Below the pieces are notes generated by a model. That model was given only the letters and a program-made list of their open reading frames with translations. It had not been told where the DNA came from and searched no databases. Shown in pieces: positions 27,980 to 45,551 of a DNA stretch of 50,705 bases (positions within the stretch are counted from its first letter, which is position 1; each line of letters starts with the position of its first letter). This DNA comes from Gemmatimonadota bacterium. GTDB lineage: Bacteria; Gemmatimonadota; Gemmatimonadetes; Gemmatimonadales; GWC2-71-9. The stretch is taken from contig JBGQJV010000002.1 in NCBI GenBank assembly GCA_041499215.1, positions 1-50,705 of the forward strand, in the 5' to 3' direction. The translations under genes were made by a program, and so were the position numbers.

Positions 27980-30900
27980 CTAGGGCCCGGTCCGCGCCTG
28001 CAGGATATACCGCCCCGTACTCCCGCTGTCCCGGGTGATCAGCAGGTAGTAGGTGCCCGGTGTGAGGGTTTGCGAGATCCGCGAGCAGAAGTCCCGCCCG
28101 TTCACATCGATGTCGATCGAATTACCGAGGCTGTTCTGGGTCTGATCTCTGAGTTCGAGGATCATGTCCAGGTCCAGCGCAAACCCGCAGAAGGCGCCGA
28201 ACCAGCCCGAGGTCTCGAAGGTGTAGGTCCCGGTGACGGGAATCTGGATCTGGTACACGTCAGTCTGGTCGGTGGCACTCAGACCGCCCTGCACCGCACC
28301 ATCGACGGTCAGCCGGTTGGCCGTTGCGGCCACATCGTTCGACTCCTCCTCCGACGGGAAACCGGCCGTGAAGGCGGCGAACCCGCCGACCGTTCCCGAC
28401 ACCGCCACTGCCGTCGGAGAGGAAACCCCGCCGAACGCCCCGAACCGCCTGCCGGGGATGCCGATCTGGCCGTCGCCAGCTTCATCCTCTCCCGCCACGA
28501 CGTAGTAGCTGCCGTCCGGCAGGGCGCTCAGCGTGTAGTTGGCCCCGCTGGCCGCCACCGTCGCCGCAACGGCTCCGGTCGCGGCGTTGATCGCGCGCAC
28601 GAACAGCTGCCGGCTCGGCGCCGCCGTCTGGGTCAGGGCATTACGGGCGTTGACAATGCCGGGTCCGATCTGTTCCCCGGGATCGATCGGAGTGGCGTAG
28701 GTGATCAGCCGCGTCCGGAGCTGGGCTGGAGTGAGGCTCGGATCCTGCGCGAGCAGCAGGGCCGCTACCCCCGAGACATGCGGCGCCGCCATCGAGGTCC
28801 CGGTGTAGAACGCGTGATTGGGCGTGCAAGCCGCCGAGGGGTTGAGATCTAGCGGGGTGAAATCGCAGGTAGACGAAGCCACCCCGGACGAGGCGAGCTG
28901 CGGCGATCCGAAGTCCCCCCCCGGGGCGGCGAGGTCGACGAAGCTGCCGAAGTTGGAGTAGGAGGTACGGTGTCCGGTGGGACCAACCGCGCCGACGGCG
29001 AGGACTTCCGGATACGCCGCGGGGCACGGCGCGGTAGACGAAGCCTCGTTGCCCGCCGAGACCACCACCAGAACGCCGCCGTTGGGGAGCCCTGGATCGG
29101 TCACGGTCTGCACCGCCGTGTGCAGCGGGTCGGGCCCGGTGATGCAGCCGCCACCCAGACTCATGTTGATGATCCGGGCCGGCTGTGCCGGCCCGGGGAG
29201 CACTCCGCCGGAGCCGTCGTCCGAGGGCATGCCGGCCGCGTACAGCACTCCCTGGGCGATGTCGAAGTAGCTCCCGCCGTCGATGCCGAGCACCCGGACC
29301 GGCCGGATGCTCACGGTCCAGTTCACCCCGAGCACCGCGATCCCGTCATTGCCCTTGGCCCCGATGGTGCCTGAGACATGGGTGCCATGGCTGCCGAGGG
29401 TGCTTCGGGCACAGGGTGCGCCGGTGCTTGGTTCGGCCTCGCGGTCGTCCGGCGTACTGGGGTCGGCATCGTAGCCGTCACCATCACCGGAATTGTTGAT
29501 CGTGCCGCCGCCCTGGGTGGCGCAGAGAGTAACGTTGCTGCTACTTACAAAATCGCGGCCATCGTTGCGGAAGTTTCCCCCGCCCGTGGCCGCCGTGGCA
29601 CCCGCGGCCCCCACCGACGGGTGGTGGAACACCACCCCGTTGTCCAGCACCGCCACAATGACGCTTGCCGAGCCGGTGGTGATGGACCACGCCCGTGGCA
29701 GATCGATCATCGAGTAGTGCCACGACTGGATCGGGAAGAAGGGGTCGTTGGGAATGGTCCCCGGACGCACCGGGCCGGCGTCCGATCGGAGCCACCCGTT
29801 CCGCCCGACCGATTCCACCGCCGGATCCTGCGCCAGGGCCTGCGCCACCGAGTCCATTCTGGCGGGGTCGGCGACCTTGATCTTTGCGGTTCGGATCACT
29901 GGCGACACGCCGGCGATCGTCACCTTGCCCGACAGCGCGTGGGGCGCGAGTTGCTGCCGGATCGCCTGGGCCAGCACCAGCGCGGTCGGGAGCGCAGCCA
30001 TCGCCCGGACCCCAGCGGGGGCGCTGATCGCGCTGCGCTTCATTACCACCAGCAGTTCGTCTGGCACGTAATGGGGACTCAGACCGGACCGCCGCACCCC
30101 CGTCAACGCCGGTAGTGCCGCCTCGGCCCGCTGCCGGGTACTTGCCCGAAGACCGGCGGTGCTTCGCACCCCTCCCACCCGCGCCATCCTGATGCTGCTC
30201 AGGACCGAGTCCGACAGCGCCACCGTACCGATGATCGTGGAGGGTGGCACCACCACCGCAGTCGCCGACAGCGTCACGCTGGTCGGAGAGGTACCCGCGT
30301 TCGAGGCCGTCACGCTCTGGCCTCCCGCCCCGGCCCCGAGAGTCCAGCCGGTGGTCGCCAGGCCGTTTCCGTCGGTGAGACTTGCCGTCTGGGTGAGGCT
30401 GCCACCGCCGGTGGCGACCGCCCAGGTCACCGGCACCTTGGAGATGTTCTGTGCGGTGGCGGTGCGGACCCGGACGCTGAGGGCGGTACCGAGCGCGGCG
30501 CCACCCGGCGCGGTCTGTCCATCACCGCCGGCCACGGCAAGAGTCACCCCGGCGCCCAGGGTCGCCTGGGCTGTTACGGTGGCGGTGACGCCCCCGGCGG
30601 TGGCGGTCACGGAATGCCCGTTGCCGAACTCGAGCCCGAGGGTCCAGGTCGCGGAGGCGCGCCCCTGCCCATCGGTCGTGGCCTGCGCACCGGCCAGCGA
30701 ACCGCCTCCACCGGTGACGGTCCAGGTCACCGCGGCACCATTCACCACGTTGTTGAACGCATCCCGGAACTCGGCGACCACCGGTTGGGCGAGTGCCGTG
30801 CCAACTACCCCGGACTGGGCACCACCCTGAACCACCGTGCCGCTCGCCACCGGGGCGGCGGTCACGCTCGCTGAAAACGTCGCTGGAGTGGTCACCCCGG

Positions 30901-31246
30901 AGACGCTGGCGGTCGCGGTGTTGGCCGTCCCGACTGCGGTCCCCACGGTCCAGCTCGTGGCGGCCTGGCCCTGGGCGTTGGTGCTCACCGTGGTGGCCTG
31001 GAGGGTCCCGCCACCGGCAGTCACCGCGAAGGTCACGTCGACGCCTTGCAGCCCGTCGCCCTGCTTGTCGTTGACCTGCACAGTCAGCGGCAGGCCCAGC
31101 GCGGCGCCAGCGGCGCCCGTCTGGTTGTTGCCTGTGATGATGACGACGACGGTGGGGGTGCGACTGGGTTCGTTGCTGCTGCCGCAAGCGGACAGGATCA
31201 CGCCGGCAGCAAGGAGGCCCAACCAATTGTGGATTCGCATGCCCAA
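27980..31246 (-). CDS. Secreted/lipoprotein subtilisin-family (S8) serine protease with N-terminal Ig-like repeats and a C-terminal PPC-like domain
   Basis: Lipobox ..AGVILSAC. Three ~85-aa repeats (..[13 protein letters not shown].., ..[13 protein letters not shown].., ..[13 protein letters not shown]..). Catalytic triad context VAVLDNGV / [11 protein letters not shown] / [17 protein letters not shown]-terminal ..[17 protein letters not shown].. Confidence 0.85.
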   Translation of the reverse strand: MGMRIHNWLGLLAAGVILSACGSSNEPSRTPTVVVIITGNNQTGAAGAALGLPLTVQVNDKQGDGLQGVDVTFAVTAGGGTLQATTVSTNAQGQAATSWTVGTAVGTANTATASVSGVTTPATFSASVTAAPVASGTVVQGGAQSGVVGTALAQPVVAEFRDAFNNVVNGAAVTWTVTGGGGSLAGAQATTDGQGRASATWTLGLEFGNGHSVTATAGGVTATVTAQATLGAGVTLAVAGGDGQTAPGGAALGTALSVRVRTATAQNISKVPVTWAVATGGGSLTQTASLTDGNGLATTGWTLGAGAGGQSVTASNAGTSPTSVTLSATAVVVPPSTIIGTVALSDSVLSSIRMARVGGVRSTAGLRASTRQRAEAALPALTGVRRSGLSPHYVPDELLVVMKRSAISAPAGVRAMAALPTALVLAQAIRQQLAPHALSGKVTIAGVSPVIRTAKIKVADPARMDSVAQALAQDPAVESVGRNGWLRSDAGPVRPGTIPNDPFFPIQSWHYSMIDLPRAWSITTGSASVIVAVLDNGVVFHHPSVGAAGATAATGGGNFRNDGRDFVSSSNVTLCATQGGGTINNSGDGDGYDADPSTPDDREAEPSTGAPCARSTLGSHGTHVSGTIGAKGNDGIAVLGVNWTVSIRPVRVLGIDGGSYFDIAQGVLYAAGMPSDDGSGGVLPGPAQPARIINMSLGGGCITGPDPLHTAVQTVTDPGLPNGGVLVVVSAGNEASSTAPCPAAYPEVLAVGAVGPTGHRTSYSNFGSFVDLAAPGGDFGSPQLASSGVASSTCDFTPLDLNPSAACTPNHAFYTGTSMAAPHVSGVAALLLAQDPSLTPAQLRTRLITYATPIDPGEQIGPGIVNARNALTQTAAPSRQLFVRAINAATGAVAATVAASGANYTLSALPDGSYYVVAGEDEAGDGQIGIPGRRFGAFGGVSSPTAVAVSGTVGGFAAFTAGFPSEEESNDVAATANRLTVDGAVQGGLSATDQTDVYQIQIPVTGTYTFETSGWFGAFCGFALDLDMILELRDQTQNSLGNSIDIDVNGRDFCSRISQTLTPGTYYLLITRDSGSTGRYILQARTGP

Positions 31247-31400
31247 TCTTTACACCGAATTGGCTCCTCGGCTAGCCCACCCCCGGCTGTTCCAGAAGTG
31301 CCTCCCGGGATGACCCTCTGGCCGGCTTCCGTCATGACGGGTCATATTCAGCGTCTGCCAGTGGCGCGGGCGGCGCCGTTCACCATCCTGAGGAGGCCGC

Positions 31401-32264
31401 ATGCGGTGGAACCGTGGTCCGATGAGCGACAACATCGAGGACATGCGGGGCCAGGGCGGCGGTCGGCGTCCGGGCGGCATGCGGCTCGGCCTGGGTGGAA
31501 TGCTGCTGCTCTTGATTCTGAGCATCGTCTTCAGGCGGGATTTCTTCTCGCTCATCGGCGGAGCCGATGGAATGCAGGCCGGCGCGCCCGCAGGCGCCGG
31601 CCTCTCCCCCGAAGCGCAGGCTCATGAAGACTCGCTCGCATCTCTGGTCTCCGCCGTGCTCGACAGCGCCCAGGGCGAGTGGGCCGCCATCCTCCCCAGA
31701 CTGGGCGTACAATACCGGCCGGCCAAGCTGGTCCTCTTTCGCGACGCGATCCAGTCGGCCTGCGGGTTTGCCGAGTCGGCGACCGGCCCGTTCTACTGCC
31801 CGGGGGATGAGAAGGTCTACATCGACCTCGGGTTCTATGACGAGCTGACCAGCCGCTTCGGCGCCGCCGGCGAGTTCGCCGAGGCCTACGTCCTGGCGCA
31901 CGAGCTCGGCCACCATGTACAGAACCTGCTCGGCATCGAGCAACAGGTGCGCCAGGCGCAACAGCGCCGGCCGGCGGCCAGGAACGACCTTTCGGTTCGC
32001 CTGGAACTGCAGGCAGACTGTTTCGCCGGAGTGTGGGGCGCCGACTATCAGGCCAAGGGCGGGTTGGAGGCGGGGGACCTCGAGGAGGGCATGCGGGCGG
32101 CGGCGGCGGTAGGCGACGACCGGATCCAGAAGATGTCTCAAGGCTACGTGAACCCCGAGGGATTCACCCACGGGAGTTCCGCCCAGCGGGAGCACTGGTT
32201 CCACCAGGGGTTCGAGACCCACGATCCCAAGCAGTGCGATACGTTCGGAGCGGGGAAACTGTAG
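31401..32264 (+). CDS. ypfJ: YpfJ-family neutral zinc metallopeptidase
   Basis: N-terminal TM segment; ..GPFYCPGDEKVYIDLGF.., HELGHHVQ zinc motif, ..LELQADCFAGVWG.. Confidence 0.8.
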   Translation: MRWNRGPMSDNIEDMRGQGGGRRPGGMRLGLGGMLLLLILSIVFRRDFFSLIGGADGMQAGAPAGAGLSPEAQAHEDSLASLVSAVLDSAQGEWAAILPRLGVQYRPAKLVLFRDAIQSACGFAESATGPFYCPGDEKVYIDLGFYDELTSRFGAAGEFAEAYVLAHELGHHVQNLLGIEQQVRQAQQRRPAARNDLSVRLELQADCFAGVWGADYQAKGGLEAGDLEEGMRAAAAVGDDRIQKMSQGYVNPEGFTHGSSAQREHWFHQGFETHDPKQCDTFGAGKL

Positions 32265-32374
32265 GCGGGCGAGGCGGGCAGGCGGGCGGGCGAAAATGCC
32301 GCGGGCGAGAGATGAAATTCGTCTCTCGCCCGCTGCATTTCCCCGCCGCTTCCGCCCTGCCCGCCCCGTCCGCC
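32264..32374. repeat. G-rich/C-rich repeat-arm hairpin (GGCGGGC units) enclosing a bidirectional terminator
   Basis: 32264-32282 pairs with 32356-32374 across 19 positions, with 1 mismatch and 1 G.U. It lies between the convergent ypfJ-like gene and rpoC. Confidence 0.7.
32301..32333. terminator. Bidirectional terminator hairpin (rpoC / ypfJ-like)
   Basis: Perfect 12-bp stem GCGGGCGAGAGA / TCTCTCGCCCGC with a 9-nt loop. It is followed by GGCAUUUUCG on the minus strand and UGCAUUUCC on the plus strand. Confidence 0.55.
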
Positions 32375-32375
32375 G

Positions 32376-36893
<4,518 letters not shown>

Positions 36894-36909
36894 TGGTCCC
36901 TCTTCGTAT

Positions 36910-37057
36910 CGGACGGGCGGACCGGCGGACCGGCGGACGCAGAGTGTCTCCTCACATTGCGCCCTGAGTTCTCGGCCTACCTGCCCAACCTGTCCCGTCT
37001 AGTAACTCGCTATTGCCTCGGATCGGCCGTCCGCCGGTCCGCCGGTCCGTCTGTCCG
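36910..37057. repeat. Octamer-array hairpin (GGACCGGC)n / (GCCGGTCC)n in the rpoB-rpoC spacer
   Basis: 36910-36939 pairs with 37028-37057 as a 30-bp stem (21 consecutive perfect pairs at 36919-36939 / 37028-37048, plus 2 G.U). The loop is 88 nt. Confidence 0.85.
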
Positions 37058-37062
37058 CCCGC

Positions 37063-41526
<4,464 letters not shown>

Positions 41527-41565
41527 CGAGCACTCTCGCGCAACACAAATGGCCCCGGCGCGTGA

Positions 41566-41586
41566 CCCCCTGCCCATTGCAGGGGG
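41566..41586 (-). other. Hairpin in the rplL-rpoB spacer (possible attenuator or processing site)
   Basis: 8-bp stem CCCCCTGC / GCAGGGGG with a 5-nt loop and no clear U-tract. Partial termination between rplL and rpoB is known in E. coli. Confidence 0.25.
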
Positions 41587-41739
41587 ACCACGCGGGGCTC
41601 TGGTACCTTAGGAGTTAACGCAGCCGTCCAGGGCGCATGCTGTCTCACCGAAGTAGGAGGCTTGGACATCTCCCGGGGGGCCGTGGCGGCGCCTCACCTG
41701 CGCGCCACCATTCGCACCGCCCGCCGGGCCCAGGCCTGG

Positions 41740-42123
41740 CTACTTCAGCTCGACGGTGGCGCCCTGGTCCTCCAGCTTCTTCTTCATCTCCGTGGCCTCG
41801 GCCTTCGGCACACCTTCCTTGACGGTGCCGCCGTTGTCCACCAGTTCCTTGGCCTCCTTCAGGCCCAGGCTGGTGAGCTCACGGACGACCTTGATGACCT
41901 GGATCTTCTTCTCGCCCCCGCCCTTCAGGACGACGTTGAACTCGGTCTGCTCTTCCACCGCCGGAGCGGCGCCCGCGCCACCCGCCGCCGGGGCGGCCGC
42001 GGCGGCCACCACGGAGACGTTGAACTTGGCCTTGAAGGCCTCGATCATGTCGGCCAGCTCGAGAACGCTCATCTTGCCGATGGCCTCGAGGATGTCGTCC
42101 TTGCTCAGTGTGGCAGTGCTCAT
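41740..42123 (-). CDS. rplL: 50S ribosomal protein L7/L12
   Basis: ..Ala-rich hinge..[23 protein letters not shown].. typical L7/L12. Confidence 0.97.
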   Translation of the reverse strand: MSTATLSKDDILEAIGKMSVLELADMIEAFKAKFNVSVVAAAAAPAAGGAGAAPAVEEQTEFNVVLKGGGEKKIQVIKVVRELTSLGLKEAKELVDNGGTVKEGVPKAEATEMKKKLEDQGATVELK

Positions 42124-42134
42124 GGTGTTCTCCC

Positions 42135-42629
42135 TCAGGCGTTAGAGGCTGCACCGCGCTGCTCGCGAAGCGCCTCGAGGCAGCCAGCAAATGAAGCCAG
42201 GATGTTGTTCATCGTTCCCGCGATCATCGCGAGGAGCGTCTGCCGGTCCGGAATGGTGCCCAGCCGCTGAATGTGGGCCTGCGACACCGCCGCTCCGTCC
42301 ACCAGTCCGGCCCTGATGCCCGGTTTCTGGTGCTCCTTGGCGAACTCGGTCAGGACCTTGGCGGCGGCGAGCGGTTCCCGGCTCAGCACCAGGCCGATCG
42401 GTCCCTTGAGGTGCTCGTTGAGCGTGCTGATGCCCTGGCTCTCGAGCGCCCGCGCCGCCAGGGTGTTCTTGACCACCACATACCGCGCTCCGGCGCCGCG
42501 GAGGCGGCGGCGGAATTCGGTCATTTTCGCCACGCCCAGCCCGGTGAAATCGGTGACGTAGACATTGGGCGCGGCCTTGATGGCCGAGGTGATGAACTCG
42601 ACCTCGGCCTGGCGATCAGTCTTGCTCAT
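42135..42629 (-). CDS. rplJ: 50S ribosomal protein L10
   Basis: ..[30 protein letters not shown].. typical L10. Confidence 0.95.
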   Translation of the reverse strand: MSKTDRQAEVEFITSAIKAAPNVYVTDFTGLGVAKMTEFRRRLRGAGARYVVVKNTLAARALESQGISTLNEHLKGPIGLVLSREPLAAAKVLTEFAKEHQKPGIRAGLVDGAAVSQAHIQRLGTIPDRQTLLAMIAGTMNNILASFAGCLEALREQRGAASNA

Positions 42630-43312
42630 CGATACACCGCCGTGTCGAGCCGGACCCCGGGCCCCATGGTGCTGGACACCGTGGCACTCCGGATGTAGTG
42701 ACCCTTCGCCGCGGCCGGCTTCACGCGCACGATGGTGTCCATGAACGCCTGCAGGTTTTCCGCCAGCTGCTGGGTCGAGAAGTTGATCTTCCCGATCGGG
42801 GCGTGGACGTTGCCGGTCTTGTCCACCCGGAACTCGATCTTGCCGGCCTTGATCTCCCGCACCGCCTTGGTCACGTCCATGGTGACCGTTCCCGCCTTGG
42901 GGTTCGGCATGAGGCCGCGGGGACCGAGGATCCGGCCCAGCTGGCCCAGCTGGCCCATGACGTCGGGCGTGGCGACGATGACGTCACACTCGAGCCACCC
43001 CTCCTTGAGTTTCTGCACGTACTCCACGCCGGCGAAGTCCGCGCCCGCATCCAGCGCGTCCTTGACCTTTTCGCCCTGAGTGATCACCAGCACCCGCACC
43101 GACTTGCCGGTCCCGTGCGGCAGCACCACCGTGCCGCGCACCACCTGGTCGGCGTGCCGGGGATCCACCCCCAGGCGCACCGCGACATCGACCGTCTCGT
43201 TGAACTTGGCGAACCCCGCCTGTTTGACCAGGGACACGGCATCCGGAATCTGGTACTCCCGGGAGCGGTCAACCTTGGCCACCGCGGTGGCGAACTTCTT
43301 TCCGTGTGCCAT
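42626..43312 (-). CDS. rplA: 50S ribosomal protein L1
   Basis: 228-aa [24 protein letters not shown].. ATG 43312 shares one base with the rplK stop. The upstream part of ORF 42626..43702 is out-of-frame overlap with rplK. Confidence 0.96.
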   Translation of the reverse strand: MAHGKKFATAVAKVDRSREYQIPDAVSLVKQAGFAKFNETVDVAVRLGVDPRHADQVVRGTVVLPHGTGKSVRVLVITQGEKVKDALDAGADFAGVEYVQKLKEGWLECDVIVATPDVMGQLGQLGRILGPRGLMPNPKAGTVTMDVTKAVREIKAGKIEFRVDKTGNVHAPIGKINFSTQQLAENLQAFMDTIVRVKPAAAKGHYIRSATVSSTMGPGVRLDTAVYR

Positions 43313-43737
43313 CAGTCGGCCACCTCCAGCCCCATCGAGCGCGCGGTGCCCGCGATCATCCGCATGGCCCCCTCGAGGTCGGCCGCATTGAGGTCCTGCA
43401 TCTTCAGCTCGGCGATCTTCTTGAGCTGCGCGCGCGTCACCTTCCCCACCTTGGTGCGGTTGGGTGCGGCGCTGCCCTTTTCCAGCCCCGCCTCCTTGAG
43501 CAGGAGGTTCGGCGCCGGCGGGGTCTTGGTGATGAACGTGAACGTGCGGTCCTGGAAGACCGTCACGATGACGGGGATGACCATCCCCGCCTGGGCCTGG
43601 GTCCGGGCGTTGAACTGCTTGCAGAACTCCATGATGTTCACGCCGTGCGGACCGAGGGCCGTGCCCACGGGCGGCGCGGGATTCGCCGCGCCAGCCGGGC
43701 ACTGCAGCTTGATGACTGCGGTGACCTTCTTGGCCAT
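43312..43737 (-). CDS. rplK: 50S ribosomal protein L11
   Basis: [29 protein letters not shown].. typical L11. Confidence 0.97.
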   Translation of the reverse strand: MAKKVTAVIKLQCPAGAANPAPPVGTALGPHGVNIMEFCKQFNARTQAQAGMVIPVIVTVFQDRTFTFITKTPPAPNLLLKEAGLEKGSAAPNRTKVGKVTRAQLKKIAELKMQDLNAADLEGAMRMIAGTARSMGLEVAD

Positions 43738-43761
43738 CTATCGATTCCTTCCTTTGCGTAC

Positions 43762-43781
43762 GCGCGCACAGCTGTGCGCGC
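43762..43781. repeat. Perfect 20-nt palindrome GCGCGCACAG|CTGTGCGCGC (family copy 4)
   Basis: Self-complementary, 25 nt upstream of the rplK ATG. The flanks GTAC..TCTAC resemble copy 1. Confidence 0.9.
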
Positions 43782-43838
43782 TCTACTGCCGCGATGACCC
43801 GCGCGGTCGCGGGGGCGAACCTTCCGCCGTCAGCGGTG

Positions 43839-43860
43839 CGGCCAACGCATGCGTTGGCCG
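43839..43860. repeat. Perfect 22-nt palindrome CGGCCAACGCA|TGCGTTGGCCG
   Basis: Self-complementary, 4 nt downstream of the nusG stop. A related copy GGCCAACACGTGCGTTGGCC is at 45035-45054. Confidence 0.85.
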
Positions 43861-43864
43861 GGAC

Positions 43865-44419
43865 CTAATGCCCGCGGAGCTGCAGGTAATCCAGCTCCAC
43901 GCTCGTCGGCCGGCCAAACAGGCTGACCGAGACCTTCACCTTGCCCTTGTCCGGCAGCACTTCTTCCACCGTGCCGCTGAAGTCGGAGAACGGTCCCTCG
44001 GTAATCTCGACCACCTGGCCGATCAGGAACGGGATCTCCTCCTTGGGCTCCGCTTCCGCCACTTCCTCCACGATACCCAGGAGGCGGTTCACCTCGTCCT
44101 GCCGGAGCGGCTGGGGGAACTTGCCGGCCCCCACGAACTTGATCACGCCCTGGATGCTGTTGATCACGTGCAGCGACTCCTGGTTCATGACCATCTCCAC
44201 CAGGACGTAGCCGGGATACAGCTTCCGCTCCACCGTGACCTTCTTGCCGTTCTTGATCTCCACCACTTCCTGCACCGGGACCAGGGCCTGGTGAATCAGG
44301 CGCTGTCCCTCGGGCCGCGGGTCCTGGGTGATGCGCTGCGCGATCAGGCTGCGAACCTTGTTCTCGTGGCCGGCCGTGGTCTGGATCGCATACCAGCGGT
44401 ATTCGGGCGCGTCGCTCAC
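43865..44419 (-). CDS. nusG: Transcription termination/antitermination factor NusG
   Basis: ..RWYAIQTTAGHENKV.. NGN domain and a C-terminal KOW (..GQVVEITEGPFSDFSGTVEEV..). Confidence 0.96.
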   Translation of the reverse strand: MSDAPEYRWYAIQTTAGHENKVRSLIAQRITQDPRPEGQRLIHQALVPVQEVVEIKNGKKVTVERKLYPGYVLVEMVMNQESLHVINSIQGVIKFVGAGKFPQPLRQDEVNRLLGIVEEVAEAEPKEEIPFLIGQVVEITEGPFSDFSGTVEEVLPDKGKVKVSVSLFGRPTSVELDYLQLRGH

Positions 44420-44658
44420 CGGACCAGGGCCGCCACCCCGTTCACCAGCACCAGGTTGAGCAGCCAGTCCAGCCAGCCGATCGCGATCCCCAGCACCATC
44501 GCGAGCACCACGATCATCCGCGTGGCCTTCACCAGCTCATCCCGCGACGGCCAGGTCACCTTGCCGAGCTCGGACCGCACCGCGCGCAGAAACTCGACGG
44601 TGGCCCCCACCCAGCGGGCGGGGCCGCCCGACCGGGACGCGGCGACCTCCGTGCTCAC
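44416..44658 (-). CDS. secE: Preprotein translocase subunit SecE
   Basis: GTG 44658 overlaps the rpmG stop (GTGA). 80 aa ending in the single TM ..[20 protein letters not shown].. The longer ORF-track start 44712 would overlap rpmG by 58 nt (44655-44712). Confidence 0.85.
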   Translation of the reverse strand: MSTEVAASRSGGPARWVGATVEFLRAVRSELGKVTWPSRDELVKATRMIVVLAMVLGIAIGWLDWLLNLVLVNGVAALVR

Positions 44659-44807
44659 TTCGACTCCTTGTGCAGCCGGTGCTTGTTGCAGCGCGGGCAG
44701 AACTTCTTCCACTCCACCCGCTCGGGATGCTTGCGCCGGTTCTTGTCACCGAAGTAGTTGCGGTCCCGGCACTCGGTGCATTCCAGGATGATCTTTTCTC
44801 GCGGCAC
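44655..44807 (-). CDS. rpmG: 50S ribosomal protein L33 (zinc-ribbon form)
   Basis: Not in the ORF track (50 aa). My translation from GTG 44807 is (M)[49 protein letters not shown], with CxxC..CxxC, in the canonical position before secE. Confidence 0.88.
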   Translation of the reverse strand: MPREKIILECTECRDRNYFGDKNRRKHPERVEWKKFCPRCNKHRLHKESK

Positions 44808-44814
44808 GATATCC

Positions 44815-44923
44815 TCAGCCGTCAGCCATCAGTCTAGAGCCTTCAGCGGTCCGACGCGGGATCGGGTGGCGTTGCCCGATTCGGCGGGCCATCAACCGGT
44901 GAGGGCTGACGGCTGACGGCTGA
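44815..44923. repeat. Heptamer-array hairpin (CAGCCGT)n / (GCTGACG)3
   Basis: 44815-44827 pairs perfectly (13 bp) with 44911-44923. The stem extends to 21 positions with 1 mismatch and 2 G.U. It lies between tRNA-Thr(GGU) and rpmG. Confidence 0.75.
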
Positions 44924-44937
44924 CGGCTACTCCCCAG

Positions 44938-45010
<73 letters not shown>

Positions 45011-45069
45011 GACCGCCCAGTTCCTCAGTGGTGCGGCCAACACGTGCGTTGGCCACCATCCCTCAGCCA

Positions 45070-45142
45070 AGCGGGCGACGGGGCTCGAACCCGCGACATT
45101 CAGCTTGGAAGGCTGACGCTCTACCAACTGAGCTACACCCGC
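45070..45142 (-). tRNA. tRNA-Gly (anticodon UCC)
   Basis: Reverse complement GCGGGTGTAGCTCAGTTGGTAGAGCGTCAGCCTTCCAAGCTGAATGTCGCGGGTTCGAGCCCCGTCGCCCGCT. Confidence 0.93.
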
Positions 45143-45148
45143 GAAACA

Positions 45149-45248
45149 AGGCGGAAGGGCGGCAAGGCGGGAGGGCGGCATGCCCGGTCGTCCAGTCAGC
45201 CATCCACCGCCACTCGCCAGCTCCACCGGCGTCCCGCCCTTCCGCCTT
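45149..45248. repeat. Repeat-arm hairpin (AAGGCGG/AGGGCGG units) in the tRNA-Gly / tRNA-Tyr spacer
   Basis: 45149-45163 (AAGGCGGAAGGGCGG) pairs perfectly with 45234-45248. The same unit family occurs at 2605-2636. Confidence 0.75.
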
Positions 45249-45259
45249 CCCGCCTAACA

Positions 45260-45343
45260 TGGTGGGGGTAGGATTCGAACCTACGTAGCGCAAAGCGCGG
45301 CAGATTTACAGTCTGCTGCCATTAGCCACTCGGCCACCCCACC
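45260..45343 (-). tRNA. tRNA-Tyr (anticodon GUA, long variable arm)
   Basis: Reverse complement GGTGGGGTGGCCGAGTGGCTAATGGCAGCAGACTGTAAATCTGCCGCGCTTTGCGCTACGTAGGTTCGAATCCTACCCCCACCA. Confidence 0.93.
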
Positions 45344-45385
45344 GACGCCCGCACGCTCCCCGCCGCTGGCAGCGCTCCTGGGTAG

Positions 45386-45458
45386 AGCTGACGGAGGGAA
45401 TCGAACCCTCAACCGCCGGTTTACAAAACCGGTGCTCTGCCAGTTGAGCTACGTCAGC
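45386..45458 (-). tRNA. tRNA-Thr (anticodon UGU)
   Basis: Reverse complement GCTGACGTAGCTCAACTGGCAGAGCACCGGTTTTGTAAACCGGCGGTTGAGGGTTCGATTCCCTCCGTCAGCT. Confidence 0.93.
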
Positions 45459-45483
45459 GGGTAGCCAAAACGGACAGAACGGT

Positions 45484-45513
45484 ATGATAGTTGGGGACTT
45501 ACGGGTATGTCAA
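45484..45513 (-). promoter_or_regulatory. Promoter candidate for the tRNA operon (TTGACA-18 nt-TATCAT)
   Basis: The -35 is at 45508-45513 and the -10 at 45484-45489 on the minus strand, about 25 nt upstream of the tRNA-Thr(UGU) 5' end. Confidence 0.5.
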
Positions 45514-45551
45514 CGGGGCCGATCCGGGCCGACGGCGGCCCCGGCCCGGGG

